Below are positions 1-9,697 of a stretch of DNA of 64,000 nt, piece by piece. This stretch comes from Candidatus Magasanikbacteria bacterium CG10_big_fil_rev_8_21_14_0_10_36_32 (GTDB lineage: Bacteria; Patescibacteriota; Patescibacteriia; Magasanikbacterales; GWA2-37-8), in NCBI GenBank assembly GCA_002778465.1, contig PFBV01000003.1:151736-215735 (forward strand), read 5' to 3'. A model generated the notes under the pieces. It had not been told where the DNA came from, did not search any database, and saw only the letters and a program-made list of their open reading frames with translations. How positions within the stretch are numbered: position 1 is the first letter of the stretch; each line of letters starts with the position of its first letter. The position numbers and the translations under genes are program-made.

Positions 1-632
1 ATCAATTCAGAATTCTGCGGGCGGCAAAAAACAGATTTGGTTCCACTGACGAAGTTGGTGTATTTTCAATGGAAGAAAACGGATTACAAGAAGTAAAAAA
101 TCCTTCAGCCGCTTTTTTAAATGAACGTTCAGAAAATCCAGCCGGCAATGTAATAGCCTGTTTAATGGAAGGTAGCCGTCCAATTTTAATTGAAATTCAA
201 GCCTTAGTTAATAAAACTTCTTTTGGTTATCCTGTGCGCAAAGCTAGCGGTTTTGATTTAAACCGCCTTCATGTTTTAATTGCTGTTTTGCAGAAACGAG
301 CCGGTCTTCACTTAGAACAATTTGATGTTCACTTGAACATTGTTGGAGGTTTAACAGCCAATGAACCGGCAGCAGATTTAGCCGTTGCTATGGCAGTAGT
401 CGGCGCTTATAAAGACAAACCTTTGGGCACTGATTTAGCCGCATTTGGTGAAATTGGTTTAAGTGGAGAAATCCGTCCAGTTTCTTTTACTGAAAAAAGG
501 TTAAAGGAATGTGAACAATTAGGACTCAAACGAGTTATCACCAATCTCGGTAATCAAAATAAACCTACAAAAATAAAATCACTTAAAGTCATCGGCATTA
601 AAAATATTCAGGACATTATAAAACATACATAA
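1..632 (+). CDS. radA: DNA repair protein RadA/Sms, C-terminal part (5' end lies upstream of the window)
   Basis: The frame is open from position 3. It translates to ILRAAKNRFGSTDEVGVFSMEENGL, which contains the RadA KNRFG motif, followed by a Lon-protease-like C-terminal domain. Confidence 0.85.
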   Translation, partial: QFRILRAAKNRFGSTDEVGVFSMEENGLQEVKNPSAAFLNERSENPAGNVIACLMEGSRPILIEIQALVNKTSFGYPVRKASGFDLNRLHVLIAVLQKRAGLHLEQFDVHLNIVGGLTANEPAADLAVAMAVVGAYKDKPLGTDLAAFGEIGLSGEIRPVSFTEKRLKECEQLGLKRVITNLGNQNKPTKIKSLKVIGIKNIQDIIKHT

Positions 633-659
633 AAAATACTCGGCCTAACCGAGTATTTT

Positions 660-2777
660 TTATTCAAAATGAACTGTTTTTTCCCAATCTTTAATTTTTT
701 GTTTAATACTGGGATATTTATTCAAACCAACCGCTACAACCTGTGCCGCTTGTTTAGCTTTTTTAATTATTTCTTTATCGGTAAGCTTTGCTAATCTTAA
801 ATTCATTAAACCACTTTGCATTGTGCCATAAACTTCACCAGGACCGCGAATTTCTAAATCTTTTTCTGCTAATTTAAAACCATCCGCCGTTGTTTCAAAA
901 TATTTTAAACGATCATGAACTTTTGAAGATTGACTATCTGTAAACAAAAAACAATAAGATTGGTAGTCTGCCCTACCAACCCGTCCGCGGAATTGATGTA
1001 ACTGTGCCAAACCAAAACGATCCGCTCCTTCAATCATCATTACTGAAGCATTTGGCATATCTATTCCGACCTCAACTACAGAGGTAGAAATTAAAATATC
1101 AATTTCCTTATTTTTAAACGCTTCCATTATTTTTTCTTTTTCCACAGACTTTAATTTTCCGTGTAAATAATCAACTTTTAAATCCGGAAAAATATTCTCT
1201 GATAATTTTTTATACTCAGTCATAACTGATTTTTTTTCAACACCAGCTGTCGGAAAAAAAGGATAATTTATTATTTCAATCGCGGATTCATCTTTGGTTT
1301 GAGATTCAATCAGTGGACAAATCACAAATACTTGACGCCCTAAATTAACTTGTGCACGAATAAAATTATAAGCCTTATCCCGATTGTTTGATTCCACCAA
1401 ACGAGTAGAAATTTTTTTTCTGCCAATCGGCATTTCATTAATAGTAGACATACTCAAATCACCATATAACATCAAAGCTAATGAGCGAGGAATTGGAGTA
1501 GCTGTCATACTTAAAAAATGCGCCGATAAATTATCGGTTTTATCTTTAATATTTTTTCTCTGCTCAACACCGAAACGATGTTGCTCATCTACTATTATCA
1601 AACCAACATCTTTAAACTGTACTTTTTCAGAAAGCAAAGCATGAGTACCTATTACAACTTGTACCTCGCCGTTTTTTATTTTTTTTAACAAACCAGATTT
1701 CAAATTTTTAAATTTTTCATTGTTATTTTGATTTATTTCTGCTTGTGAACGTGTTAAAAGACCTATTTGAATTTTATCACCTAATAACTTAAGTAATGTA
1801 TTATAATGCTGTCGAGCTAATATCTCCGTTGGTACCATTAAAACCGCTTGATAACCATTTAAAACGGCATTATAAATAACTATAGCCGCTACCGCCGTCT
1901 TTCCCGACCCAACATCGCCGGACAACAACCGATTCATCGGCTTTTCCAAATTAATATCTCTTAAAATTTCCCAAGCAGAAACCTTTTGTGTATTAGTTAA
2001 TACAAAGGGCAGACTGGAAACAAACTCCTTTATTTTTTTTTCCTGAAAAATCAGTTGTGGTGCTTTCTCATTTGTTTTTTTCAAACGAGATAACTCAGCT
2101 TTAAGTTGAAACAAAAATAATTCATCAAATTTTAACCGTTCTGTGCTATATTTTAAATCCTGTTCATCAACCGGAAAATGAATACCGCGCAATGCGTCAC
2201 GTAACGGCAACATATCCCATTCTTCTAAAATATCAGCCGGTAACCAATCAACTGTTTTTGCCGATAAAGCAATAATTTGAGAAATTAAAAACCTAATCTG
2301 CTTTTGAGTTAAACCGGTCGTGGCCGAATAAATTGGCACCATTCTGGCAGTATGTTTAGTTTCACCCCTAACAGCTTTTTCAAAAGTCGGACTAACAAAA
2401 TGACTCCCTATCATATCTGATTGCACTTTACCGGATAAAAATATTAAATCTCCCTGATGAAGTATTTTGGTTATATATGGCTGATTAAACCATGTCACTC
2501 TAATACTTCCGCTTTTGTCCGACACTAACGCCTCAACAATTACTTTGCGCTTCCGCCAACTACGCTTACTAACAATAAATTCCAATTTACCAAGTACGGT
2601 AGCCAATTGTCCCTCTTGTAAATCTTGAACTAATATCACTTGACGATAATCTTCATAACGAAAAGGAAAATAATATAATAAATCACCGGCAGTAAATAAT
2701 CCGAGATGTTGCAAGCGTTTGGCGGTTATTTTTCCCACCCGGCTTAAATCTTTAATTGGCGTTTTAAAATCAACCAT
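660..2777 (-). CDS. recG: ATP-dependent DNA helicase RecG
   Basis: 705 aa with an N-terminal wedge domain, a DEQH helicase core (GSGKT P-loop, VDEQHRFG) and a C-terminal RecG-like region. Confidence 0.9.
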   Translation of the reverse strand: MVDFKTPIKDLSRVGKITAKRLQHLGLFTAGDLLYYFPFRYEDYRQVILVQDLQEGQLATVLGKLEFIVSKRSWRKRKVIVEALVSDKSGSIRVTWFNQPYITKILHQGDLIFLSGKVQSDMIGSHFVSPTFEKAVRGETKHTARMVPIYSATTGLTQKQIRFLISQIIALSAKTVDWLPADILEEWDMLPLRDALRGIHFPVDEQDLKYSTERLKFDELFLFQLKAELSRLKKTNEKAPQLIFQEKKIKEFVSSLPFVLTNTQKVSAWEILRDINLEKPMNRLLSGDVGSGKTAVAAIVIYNAVLNGYQAVLMVPTEILARQHYNTLLKLLGDKIQIGLLTRSQAEINQNNNEKFKNLKSGLLKKIKNGEVQVVIGTHALLSEKVQFKDVGLIIVDEQHRFGVEQRKNIKDKTDNLSAHFLSMTATPIPRSLALMLYGDLSMSTINEMPIGRKKISTRLVESNNRDKAYNFIRAQVNLGRQVFVICPLIESQTKDESAIEIINYPFFPTAGVEKKSVMTEYKKLSENIFPDLKVDYLHGKLKSVEKEKIMEAFKNKEIDILISTSVVEVGIDMPNASVMMIEGADRFGLAQLHQFRGRVGRADYQSYCFLFTDSQSSKVHDRLKYFETTADGFKLAEKDLEIRGPGEVYGTMQSGLMNLRLAKLTDKEIIKKAKQAAQVVAVGLNKYPSIKQKIKDWEKTVHFE

Positions 2778-2811
2778 AATAATTACTATTATAGCTTATT
2801 TCAGCAAATAT

Positions 2812-2840
2812 AAAAACGTCTTTAGAAAGACGTTTTTATA
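2812..2840. terminator. Bidirectional hairpin terminator between recG and the downstream gene
   Basis: Palindrome aaaaacgtctttagaaagacgttttt with A/T runs on both sides. Confidence 0.6.
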
Positions 2841-2850
2841 TTTTAATTTA

Positions 2851-3915
2851 CTAATTTCCGTTTCTATTTTGTAATTCTTCTTTTATCTCTTCCTGTACTG
2901 GTTCAACAACAGGTGACGCAGAAATTTGTCCATTCACTCTGTTTTCAATTCTTTCCTGAACTTGATTAGCTGCTCTTAACTGTTTAGCTGCCTCAATATT
3001 ACTTTGAACTGTTTGATTGCGTATTTCTTGTTTTACTTCACGTACAGTATTTTGCGCTTCTTGTTTTATAGTTCTTCCTTCTTGCATTAATAATTCTTTT
3101 TCGCCTTGTCGTTCTTCCCGAGTTTCAATTCTTTCCTGATGTAATTCCTGTAATTGAACTTTAGCTTCTTCATCTCCAGAAGCGGCTCTTTCCAATAAAT
3201 CCTTTTTTTCTTCCTGAAACTGTTTTACCTCTGTCGCATGGGCTTCAATAAATTCTTTAACATCTTGTAAATGATTTTGAATTTCTTCCGGAATATTTTC
3301 ATTTTCTAAAGCATTAAGTAAACGCTGACTGTTTTCTATATTATTCATTCGTGTAGTTTCAAATTTTTGCAGTCGTTCCGGTGATAAAACAGCTTCAATT
3401 TTATTCATCACGGCTTCACGTTGAACCATTTGAGTGGCTGTATTGCGCAACAAAACGCGTACACGAGTATCCTCGCCATTATTAAATAATTCTTGTCGTT
3501 CTTGTATTTTTTCCATCAGCTGATTGGCCCGTTCCATAATTTTTTCAGCTTTATCTTGTAATTTTGGATTATTAACCGCTTGAGTGGCAACCATCTCTGC
3601 AATAGACATTCTTTCCTGTGCGAATTGTAATTGTTTCTCGGCTTTGGCAACAGGATTAAAAGTTAAAGCCAAAGTCACTCTCTCTCTTATATTCCGCCAA
3701 AATAATCCCAAAGTGCCGGGAACAGAAACAGTTTCGGATAAAACTTCATCATTAGCAACCGTAACTGGGATATCTTCATTTGTTACAACCACATTTTCTT
3801 CGGTTGTAACCGTTACAATACCGCCGTCGGTTGTAACTTCTGTTGTTTCTTGCGCCACAGCCGGCATGGTGCCGAGTAACAAAAATGCAGCGGCCAAAAA
3901 TATGATTTTACGCAT
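2851..3915 (-). CDS. Hypothetical secreted coiled-coil protein (signal peptide, then a Q/E-rich coiled coil)
   Basis: N-terminal MRKIIFLAAAFLLLGTMPAVAQE signal peptide. The rest is strongly helical and repetitive in charged residues. No recognizable catalytic motif. Confidence 0.5.
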   Translation of the reverse strand: MRKIIFLAAAFLLLGTMPAVAQETTEVTTDGGIVTVTTEENVVVTNEDIPVTVANDEVLSETVSVPGTLGLFWRNIRERVTLALTFNPVAKAEKQLQFAQERMSIAEMVATQAVNNPKLQDKAEKIMERANQLMEKIQERQELFNNGEDTRVRVLLRNTATQMVQREAVMNKIEAVLSPERLQKFETTRMNNIENSQRLLNALENENIPEEIQNHLQDVKEFIEAHATEVKQFQEEKKDLLERAASGDEEAKVQLQELHQERIETREERQGEKELLMQEGRTIKQEAQNTVREVKQEIRNQTVQSNIEAAKQLRAANQVQERIENRVNGQISASPVVEPVQEEIKEELQNRNGN

Positions 3916-4038
3916 ATTTATTATTAATTATTAAATAAAAGTTGGATGACAACTTACTTTAATAGTATAACACAAAAAACTTAACATTGACAACTAACCA
4001 ATAAAAAATAATCCCAATTTAAATCGGGATTATTTTTG

Positions 4039-4110
4039 TGACCTCGCAAGGAATTGAACCTTGATTTCCGGCTTCGCAGGCCAGTGTCCTATCCGTTAAA
4101 CGACGAGGTC
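4039..4110 (-). tRNA. tRNA-Arg (anticodon GCG as read)
   Basis: Reverse complement GACCTCGTCGTTTAACGGATAGGACACTGGCCTGCGAAGCCGGAAATCAAGGTTCAATTCCTTGCGAGGTCA folds as a cloverleaf. Acceptor GACCTCG/CGAGGTC, T-arm CAAGG-TTCAATT-CCTTG, anticodon loop CU-GCG-AA. Confidence 0.75.
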
Positions 4111-4195
4111 AATTCTAATAAAATATTCTGCTTATACAGCAGAACAACTAAGTATAGCAAAAAACACAAAAAAAATCAAGAGTCTCCTTGTGAAT

Positions 4196-4702
4196 TTACT
4201 GAATTTTGAATAAACGACTAATTCGATCACTCAACGGTTCCTCTTCTTGCGCCAAATCTTCCATTAAAAACTGTTTTAAATATTCTCTTGCTTCAACCGG
4301 ATTTATATCGGCCAACGGAATTGTTAAGCGATGTTTAATAACACTTTTCAATTTAAAATATAAAGTTTTTGTCTCTGGCGGATTATAAATTATCCAAAAA
4401 TTTTCCAAATCACTATAAGGATAATATTTAGTTCCCAAAACCACTCCGGAATCTGTTATGGCAAAATCCATTTGAGCCGGTTCTTGCATATCCTGCAAAA
4501 AAAGAATAATACCAAACAAAACAACTATTAAAGCAAATAAATAATTGTTTGAAACAATAGCGTAAATTATCAAAGCCGCCACTAACAATATCATCACCAC
4601 ATACCAACCGCGGCCACGACTATACTTTTCATACTCTTTAAAAATCCATTGAAAAGCAATGTCGCCCGGATTTACATTTTCTTTAGTTAAATCTTTAGGC
4701 AT
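4196..4702 (-). CDS. Hypothetical membrane protein (2 TM helices plus a C-terminal soluble domain)
   Basis: Hydrophobic stretch YVVMILLVAALIIYAIV...LIVVLFGIILF. No recognized motif. Confidence 0.45.
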   Translation of the reverse strand: MPKDLTKENVNPGDIAFQWIFKEYEKYSRGRGWYVVMILLVAALIIYAIVSNNYLFALIVVLFGIILFLQDMQEPAQMDFAITDSGVVLGTKYYPYSDLENFWIIYNPPETKTLYFKLKSVIKHRLTIPLADINPVEAREYLKQFLMEDLAQEEEPLSDRISRLFKIQ

Positions 4703-4726
4703 AATTTGATAATTTTAATATTTATG

Positions 4727-4800
4727 TGGACTCAAGAGGGATCGAACCTCTGACCTTACGGATGTGAACCGTACGCTCTAACCAGCTGAGCTATGAGTCC
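4727..4800 (-). tRNA. tRNA-Val (anticodon CAC)
   Basis: Reverse complement GGACTCATAGCTCAGCTGGTTAGAGCGTACGGTTCACATCCGTAAGGTCAGAGGTTCGATCCCTCTTGAGTCCA. Acceptor GGACTCA/TGAGTCC, anticodon loop UU-CAC-AU, T-loop TTCGATC. Confidence 0.85.
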
Positions 4801-4877
4801 TCTCCTCCTCATTATTATTGATTATACCACTGTTTTAATGAAAAATCAAGACCTCTATAAAACAATTAAATTACCTA

Positions 4878-4906
4878 TTGAAAAATAGAGGCCATTGTGT
4901 TATAAT
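4878..4906 (+). promoter_or_regulatory. Sigma70-like promoter upstream of the LCP gene
   Basis: TTGAAA, a 17-nt spacer, then TATAAT, about 6 nt before the ORF. Confidence 0.5.
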
Positions 4907-4911
4907 TTCCT

Positions 4912-6510
4912 TTGTTGCTGTACTATATTTGTATGCAAGAACCTCTAAAAAAACCACAATCCATAAACTTTTTGGATAACAATCCGGATGACCAATCGCT
5001 CAATTTTCCAGTCCAACCGCATCCGGACAAAAGGAAGAAAAACAAATTCTTTCTTTATTTTATAATTGTTGCTATCATTGTAATTTCTATCGTTGTTTGG
5101 GGAAAACAAACATCCTCCAACACATCCGGCAATTTATCTGATGAATCAACCAGTCTAACCTTATTAGAACCTAAAAAACCAGGAATTTTTAAATCAATCA
5201 AAAATTTCCTATTTTCTTCTGATGATTTATTGATTGGACAAAAAGATGATCGAATCAATATCTTATTACTTGGAGTCGGCGGATACGGACATGACGGTCC
5301 ATATTTAAGTGATACTAACATTATTGTCAGTATAAAACCAAGTACAAAAGAAGTATCAATGATTTCAGTACCTCGCGATTTAGGAGTACAAATTGAAAAT
5401 TATGGCATTTATAAAATAAATTATGCCGACGCCTTTGGTGAAAGTCGATATCCAGGTCAAGGTGGAGAATATGCCAGACAAATTTTTAACCAAACTTTCA
5501 ACCAAGAAATTCCCTATTACATCAGAGCAGATTTCTCAGCATTTAAACAAATTATTGACAGTGTCGGCGGAATTGATATTGAAGTCAAAAAATCATTTAT
5601 AGATCAGGCCTATCCGGGACAAAATTATAGTTATCAAACAATTTCTTTTAATGCTGGTTGGCAAACAATGGATGGAGAGAAAGCATTACAATTTGCCCGC
5701 TCAAGACACGGCTCAAATGGAGAAAGTTCCGACTTTGCCCGTGCCAAACGACAACAACAAATACTGGTTGCTTTAAAAGATAAAGTTTTATCTTTTGGAA
5801 CATTGGCAAATCCCGTAACTATACAAAAAATTTTAGAATCACTTTCTGGAAATATCACCACTAATTTTAATTTTACCCAGCTGGTATATTTAGTAAATTT
5901 CTTTAAAGATTTAAATAATCTTAATATAAAAAATATCACTTTAGATGATGGACCAAATGGTTATTTAACTTCATATATCACTCCAACTGGCATGTTTATT
6001 TTAGCGCCAAAATCAGGAAATTTTGATGAAATTGACGCATTAATAAATAACGTATTTAATTCAAATTTTATTGCTCAACCGCCAACAGCTTTAATTGTAC
6101 ATCCTTCCGCTTATGTTCAAACTTCAGGATTAAACAACCCATCTTCCACTATCTCCAAAATGACTCCTTTTAAAACAGTAAATGTTGAGATTAAAAATGG
6201 AACTTGGCGAGTTGGCTTGGCCGCTCGTATGCAAAACTTATTATCTGATAGCGGTTTTTCAGTATTAAATATCGGCAACAGTTTAAAAAGACCTTTACCA
6301 ACAACAACATTTTATTTAATTAACCGTTCAGTTGACAATGAAGCAGTGGTTTTATTAAATAAAAAACTACCTGGAAAAATTTCAATGGAATTACCTGATT
6401 GGTTAACTAACGAGTATGATGATCCCACTACAACAGAAGATGAAACCGGACCAAAATTCAACGATCAAATTGATATATTAATTGTTTTAGGAACAGATAC
6501 TAAAGAATAA
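4912..6510 (+). CDS. LytR-CpsA-Psr (LCP) family cell-envelope phosphotransferase with an N-terminal TM anchor
   Basis: A TM helix (FFLYFIIVAIIVISIVVW) followed by an LCP domain (ILLLGVGGYGHDGPYLSDTNIIVSI..ISVPRDL...GGEKALQFARSRH) and a LytR_C-like tail. Confidence 0.8.
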   Translation: MLLYYICMQEPLKKPQSINFLDNNPDDQSLNFPVQPHPDKRKKNKFFLYFIIVAIIVISIVVWGKQTSSNTSGNLSDESTSLTLLEPKKPGIFKSIKNFLFSSDDLLIGQKDDRINILLLGVGGYGHDGPYLSDTNIIVSIKPSTKEVSMISVPRDLGVQIENYGIYKINYADAFGESRYPGQGGEYARQIFNQTFNQEIPYYIRADFSAFKQIIDSVGGIDIEVKKSFIDQAYPGQNYSYQTISFNAGWQTMDGEKALQFARSRHGSNGESSDFARAKRQQQILVALKDKVLSFGTLANPVTIQKILESLSGNITTNFNFTQLVYLVNFFKDLNNLNIKNITLDDGPNGYLTSYITPTGMFILAPKSGNFDEIDALINNVFNSNFIAQPPTALIVHPSAYVQTSGLNNPSSTISKMTPFKTVNVEIKNGTWRVGLAARMQNLLSDSGFSVLNIGNSLKRPLPTTTFYLINRSVDNEAVVLLNKKLPGKISMELPDWLTNEYDDPTTTEDETGPKFNDQIDILIVLGTDTKE

Positions 6511-6522
6511 AAAAATAAATAT

Positions 6523-7896
6523 ATGTCTACATTGGCAAAAATCATTAATTTTAATTTACCGTCAGTTGCTTTGGTCGGTCGGGTTAATGTTGGTAAATCA
6601 ACAATTTTTAATCGTATAACCGAAACTGGACGAGCTTTAATTTCAGATATTCCCGGCACAACTAGAACACGAAACATAGGAACAGCCACTTGGCGCGGAA
6701 AACAATTTCAATTGGTAGATACTGGCGGTTTAACATTTTCTAATGATATTCCTTTAGAAGAAGACATTATTAAACAAACAGAAATGGCTTTAAAACAAGC
6801 TGATATAATTTTAATGGTAATCGATTTACAAAAAGATTTATTGCCACAAGAAAAAGAATTGGTAAAAAAAATCACTAAGCAAGGCCGTGGGAAAAAACCG
6901 ATTATTTTAGTTGGTAACAAAGCTGATTCCCCCGATTGGAGAATAAGAGCTCATGATAAAGAATGGTTAAAACTTGGTTTGGGAGAACCAATTGCTGTAT
7001 CAGGAGTCAACGGAAGTAATATCGGAGATTTATTAGATTTAGTTTATAAACATTTAAGAAAAATTAAAAAACAACCTAAAACAATAAAAGAAACAGATAT
7101 TGTTAAAATATCACTGGTTGGAAAACCAAATGTCGGAAAATCTTCACTTTTTAATAAATTAATCGGCGAACCACGGGTGATAGTCAGTTCCATGCCACAT
7201 ACTACTCGCGAACCACATGATACACTGGTTGAAGTTGAGGGTGAACACCTGTTATTTGTAGACACGGCTGGTATTCGCCGCAAAGCAAAGGTATCTGGCG
7301 AACTTGAAAAAATGGGAATTGGACAAAGTTTAGAAACAACAAAACGTTCTGACATTATTTTATTTGTTTTAGACGCTTCACAACCAATTACTGATCAAGA
7401 CAAACAATTGGGCGGTTTTCTTAACGAACATGCCAAAAGCGTTATTATTGTCGTTAATAAATGGGATTTAGCCGACGAAAACACTGACACTTTTAAAAAC
7501 AGTATAAAAAAAATGATTTTGAATTATTTTCCACATTTAGATTTCGCGCCAATAGTTTTTATTAGTGCCTTAACCGAATATCGTGTTCATCAAATATTTC
7601 CATTAATAACACAAGCGTGGCAAGCGCGGCAAATCAGTGTATCTCCAGCTGCTTTACGTGAATTTTTAAGATTAACCATCAAACACCATTTACCATCTCG
7701 CGGCAAAGGAGTCCGTCATCCACAAATTTTAAAAATTAAACAAATTGGTAACAATCCACCTGTTTTTGAAATAGATATAAAACAAAAAACTTCTTTACAT
7801 CTATCATATGTTAACTTCCTTAAAAAACGCTTAAGAGAAAAATTTGGCTTCTTTGCCACGCCAATCATAATCAAACTCACTAAATTTAAAAGATAA
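6523..7896 (+). CDS. der: Ribosome biogenesis GTPase Der (EngA)
   Basis: Two tandem G domains (GRVNVGKSTIFN... and GKPNVGKSSLFN..., DTAG, NKWD) plus a KH-like C-terminal region. Confidence 0.9.
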   Translation: MSTLAKIINFNLPSVALVGRVNVGKSTIFNRITETGRALISDIPGTTRTRNIGTATWRGKQFQLVDTGGLTFSNDIPLEEDIIKQTEMALKQADIILMVIDLQKDLLPQEKELVKKITKQGRGKKPIILVGNKADSPDWRIRAHDKEWLKLGLGEPIAVSGVNGSNIGDLLDLVYKHLRKIKKQPKTIKETDIVKISLVGKPNVGKSSLFNKLIGEPRVIVSSMPHTTREPHDTLVEVEGEHLLFVDTAGIRRKAKVSGELEKMGIGQSLETTKRSDIILFVLDASQPITDQDKQLGGFLNEHAKSVIIVVNKWDLADENTDTFKNSIKKMILNYFPHLDFAPIVFISALTEYRVHQIFPLITQAWQARQISVSPAALREFLRLTIKHHLPSRGKGVRHPQILKIKQIGNNPPVFEIDIKQKTSLHLSYVNFLKKRLREKFGFFATPIIIKLTKFKR

Positions 7897-7944
7897 TATT
7901 TTTTCCAAATCATACTCGAGTAAATTCACTTATTTATTTCAAAT

Positions 7945-8484
7945 ATGAAAATAAAAATTATTGCCGGTCTAGGTAATCCGGGAATAGAATATGCAAATTC
8001 CAAACACAATACCGGTTTTGTAATTATTGATTTAATAGCCAATATTTGCAAAGCTGACGATTTTGAATTCAATAAAAAATTTAATGCGGAAATAACTACT
8101 GGAAAAATTGGAAAAACAAAAATTATATTTATAAAACCGCAAACCTTCATGAATAACTCCGGAAAATCAATCCGTCCATTAATGAATTTTTATAAAATTA
8201 AACCTGAAAATTTAATAGTGATTCATGATGATAAAGATATTTTATTTGGGGAATTTAAAATTCAAACTAATCGCGGACCTGCCGGACATAACGGAGTAAT
8301 ATCGGTAATGAAAAACTTAAAAACAGAAAATTTTACCCGCATCCGTGTCGGCACTTCACCGTCACACAAAAGAAAAATAGGAAATATTATAAAATTTGTC
8401 ATGTCTTCTTATAGTAAACCGGAATTAAACGCCTTAAAAAAAATTTCTAAACAAATATTTGAACGGCTTGAATCAATATTGTAA
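7945..8484 (+). CDS. pth: Peptidyl-tRNA hydrolase
   Basis: MKIKIIAGLGNPGIEYANSKHNTGF is the canonical Pth N-terminus. Length 179 aa. Confidence 0.9.
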   Translation: MKIKIIAGLGNPGIEYANSKHNTGFVIIDLIANICKADDFEFNKKFNAEITTGKIGKTKIIFIKPQTFMNNSGKSIRPLMNFYKIKPENLIVIHDDKDILFGEFKIQTNRGPAGHNGVISVMKNLKTENFTRIRVGTSPSHKRKIGNIIKFVMSSYSKPELNALKKISKQIFERLESIL

Positions 8485-8498
8485 ATAAAGTTTAAATT

Positions 8499-9584
8499 AT
8501 GTCGTCTGTCTATCATGCCGCTTTAGCTTTCTTTCCCAAATTATCTTACCGCCGCTATAAAAAGCTGGCGGCTTATTTTATTAATTTCGAAAAAGTTTGG
8601 ACAGCCACATCTAACGATTTGATAAAATCTGGATTAGAACCTGGATTTGTTCAAGAATTTGTAAATTGGAGAAATCAAAAACCTTTAGATTATTATCTTG
8701 ATGTACTGGAAAAAGAAAACATAACCACAGTTTCATTACCTGACGCTAATTATCCAAAAATTTTAAAAGAAATAACTGACCCTCCGCATACTTTATTTAT
8801 ACGAGGTTGTTTACCAAATCAATCGCTGCCTGCTTTAGCGGTAGTCGGCACAAGAAAATCAACCCCTTATGGCAAACAAATTTGTGAAGATATTGTTGAA
8901 CCGCTGGCAAAACAAGGAATGGTAATCGTTAGCGGCATGGCTTTAGGAATTGATGGGATAGCCCACCTCACAACCATAAAAGCCGGCGGTTTGACTGTGG
9001 CTGTACTTGGTTCAGGTGTTGACCGTCAAAGCATCTATCCGGCCACCCATCGTCAATTGTCAGAAAAAATAATTTCCAGCGGAGGAGCAGTCATATCAGA
9101 ATATCCACCTGGTTTTACTCCAACCCAATATTCTTTTCCTGAACGCAACAGAATAATTGCCGGATTATCGCTCGGCACTTTGGTAATAGAAGCGCCGATT
9201 GAATCAGGTTCTTTAATTACTGCCAAATGTGCTTTAGATTATAATCGAGACGTATTAGCTATTCCACACCAAGCTACTTCCATATATGGCGCTGGTGCCA
9301 ATAATTTATTAAAAATGGGGGCTCGTCCAATTACTTGTGCCGAGGATATTTTAGATGCTTTTAATCTGAAAAACCTATCGGAAACAACCCATAATTGTTC
9401 AACTTTATCTCTTTTGCCAAACGAAGAAAAAATCATATCAATTTTATCACGCGAACCAAAACATGTTGATCAAATAATTAAAGAAAGTTTTTTGGATAGT
9501 GCCACCACCAACAGTTCTTTAACTATGCTAGAAATGAAAGGCCTGCTGAAAAATCTAGGCGGAATGATGTATATAAAAAGATAA
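8499..9584 (+). CDS. dprA: DNA processing protein DprA (Smf)
   Basis: Rossmann-like DprA core (LAVVGTRKSTPYG...VIVSGMALGIDG..H) and a C-terminal winged-helix-like tail. Confidence 0.85.
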   Translation: MSSVYHAALAFFPKLSYRRYKKLAAYFINFEKVWTATSNDLIKSGLEPGFVQEFVNWRNQKPLDYYLDVLEKENITTVSLPDANYPKILKEITDPPHTLFIRGCLPNQSLPALAVVGTRKSTPYGKQICEDIVEPLAKQGMVIVSGMALGIDGIAHLTTIKAGGLTVAVLGSGVDRQSIYPATHRQLSEKIISSGGAVISEYPPGFTPTQYSFPERNRIIAGLSLGTLVIEAPIESGSLITAKCALDYNRDVLAIPHQATSIYGAGANNLLKMGARPITCAEDILDAFNLKNLSETTHNCSTLSLLPNEEKIISILSREPKHVDQIIKESFLDSATTNSSLTMLEMKGLLKNLGGMMYIKR

Positions 9585-9697
9585 CGCTAATAAAATATTT
9601 GAAAAGTGAATATAATTTACCTACAATATACTATATTTGACAATAAATAATAACTAAGCTATCATAGTTTTTACTAATTTGCTCTGTTAAAAAAATT

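Noticed and set aside
1384-1644. 86-aa plus-strand ORF inside recG
   Set aside because: Antisense to recG. No support.
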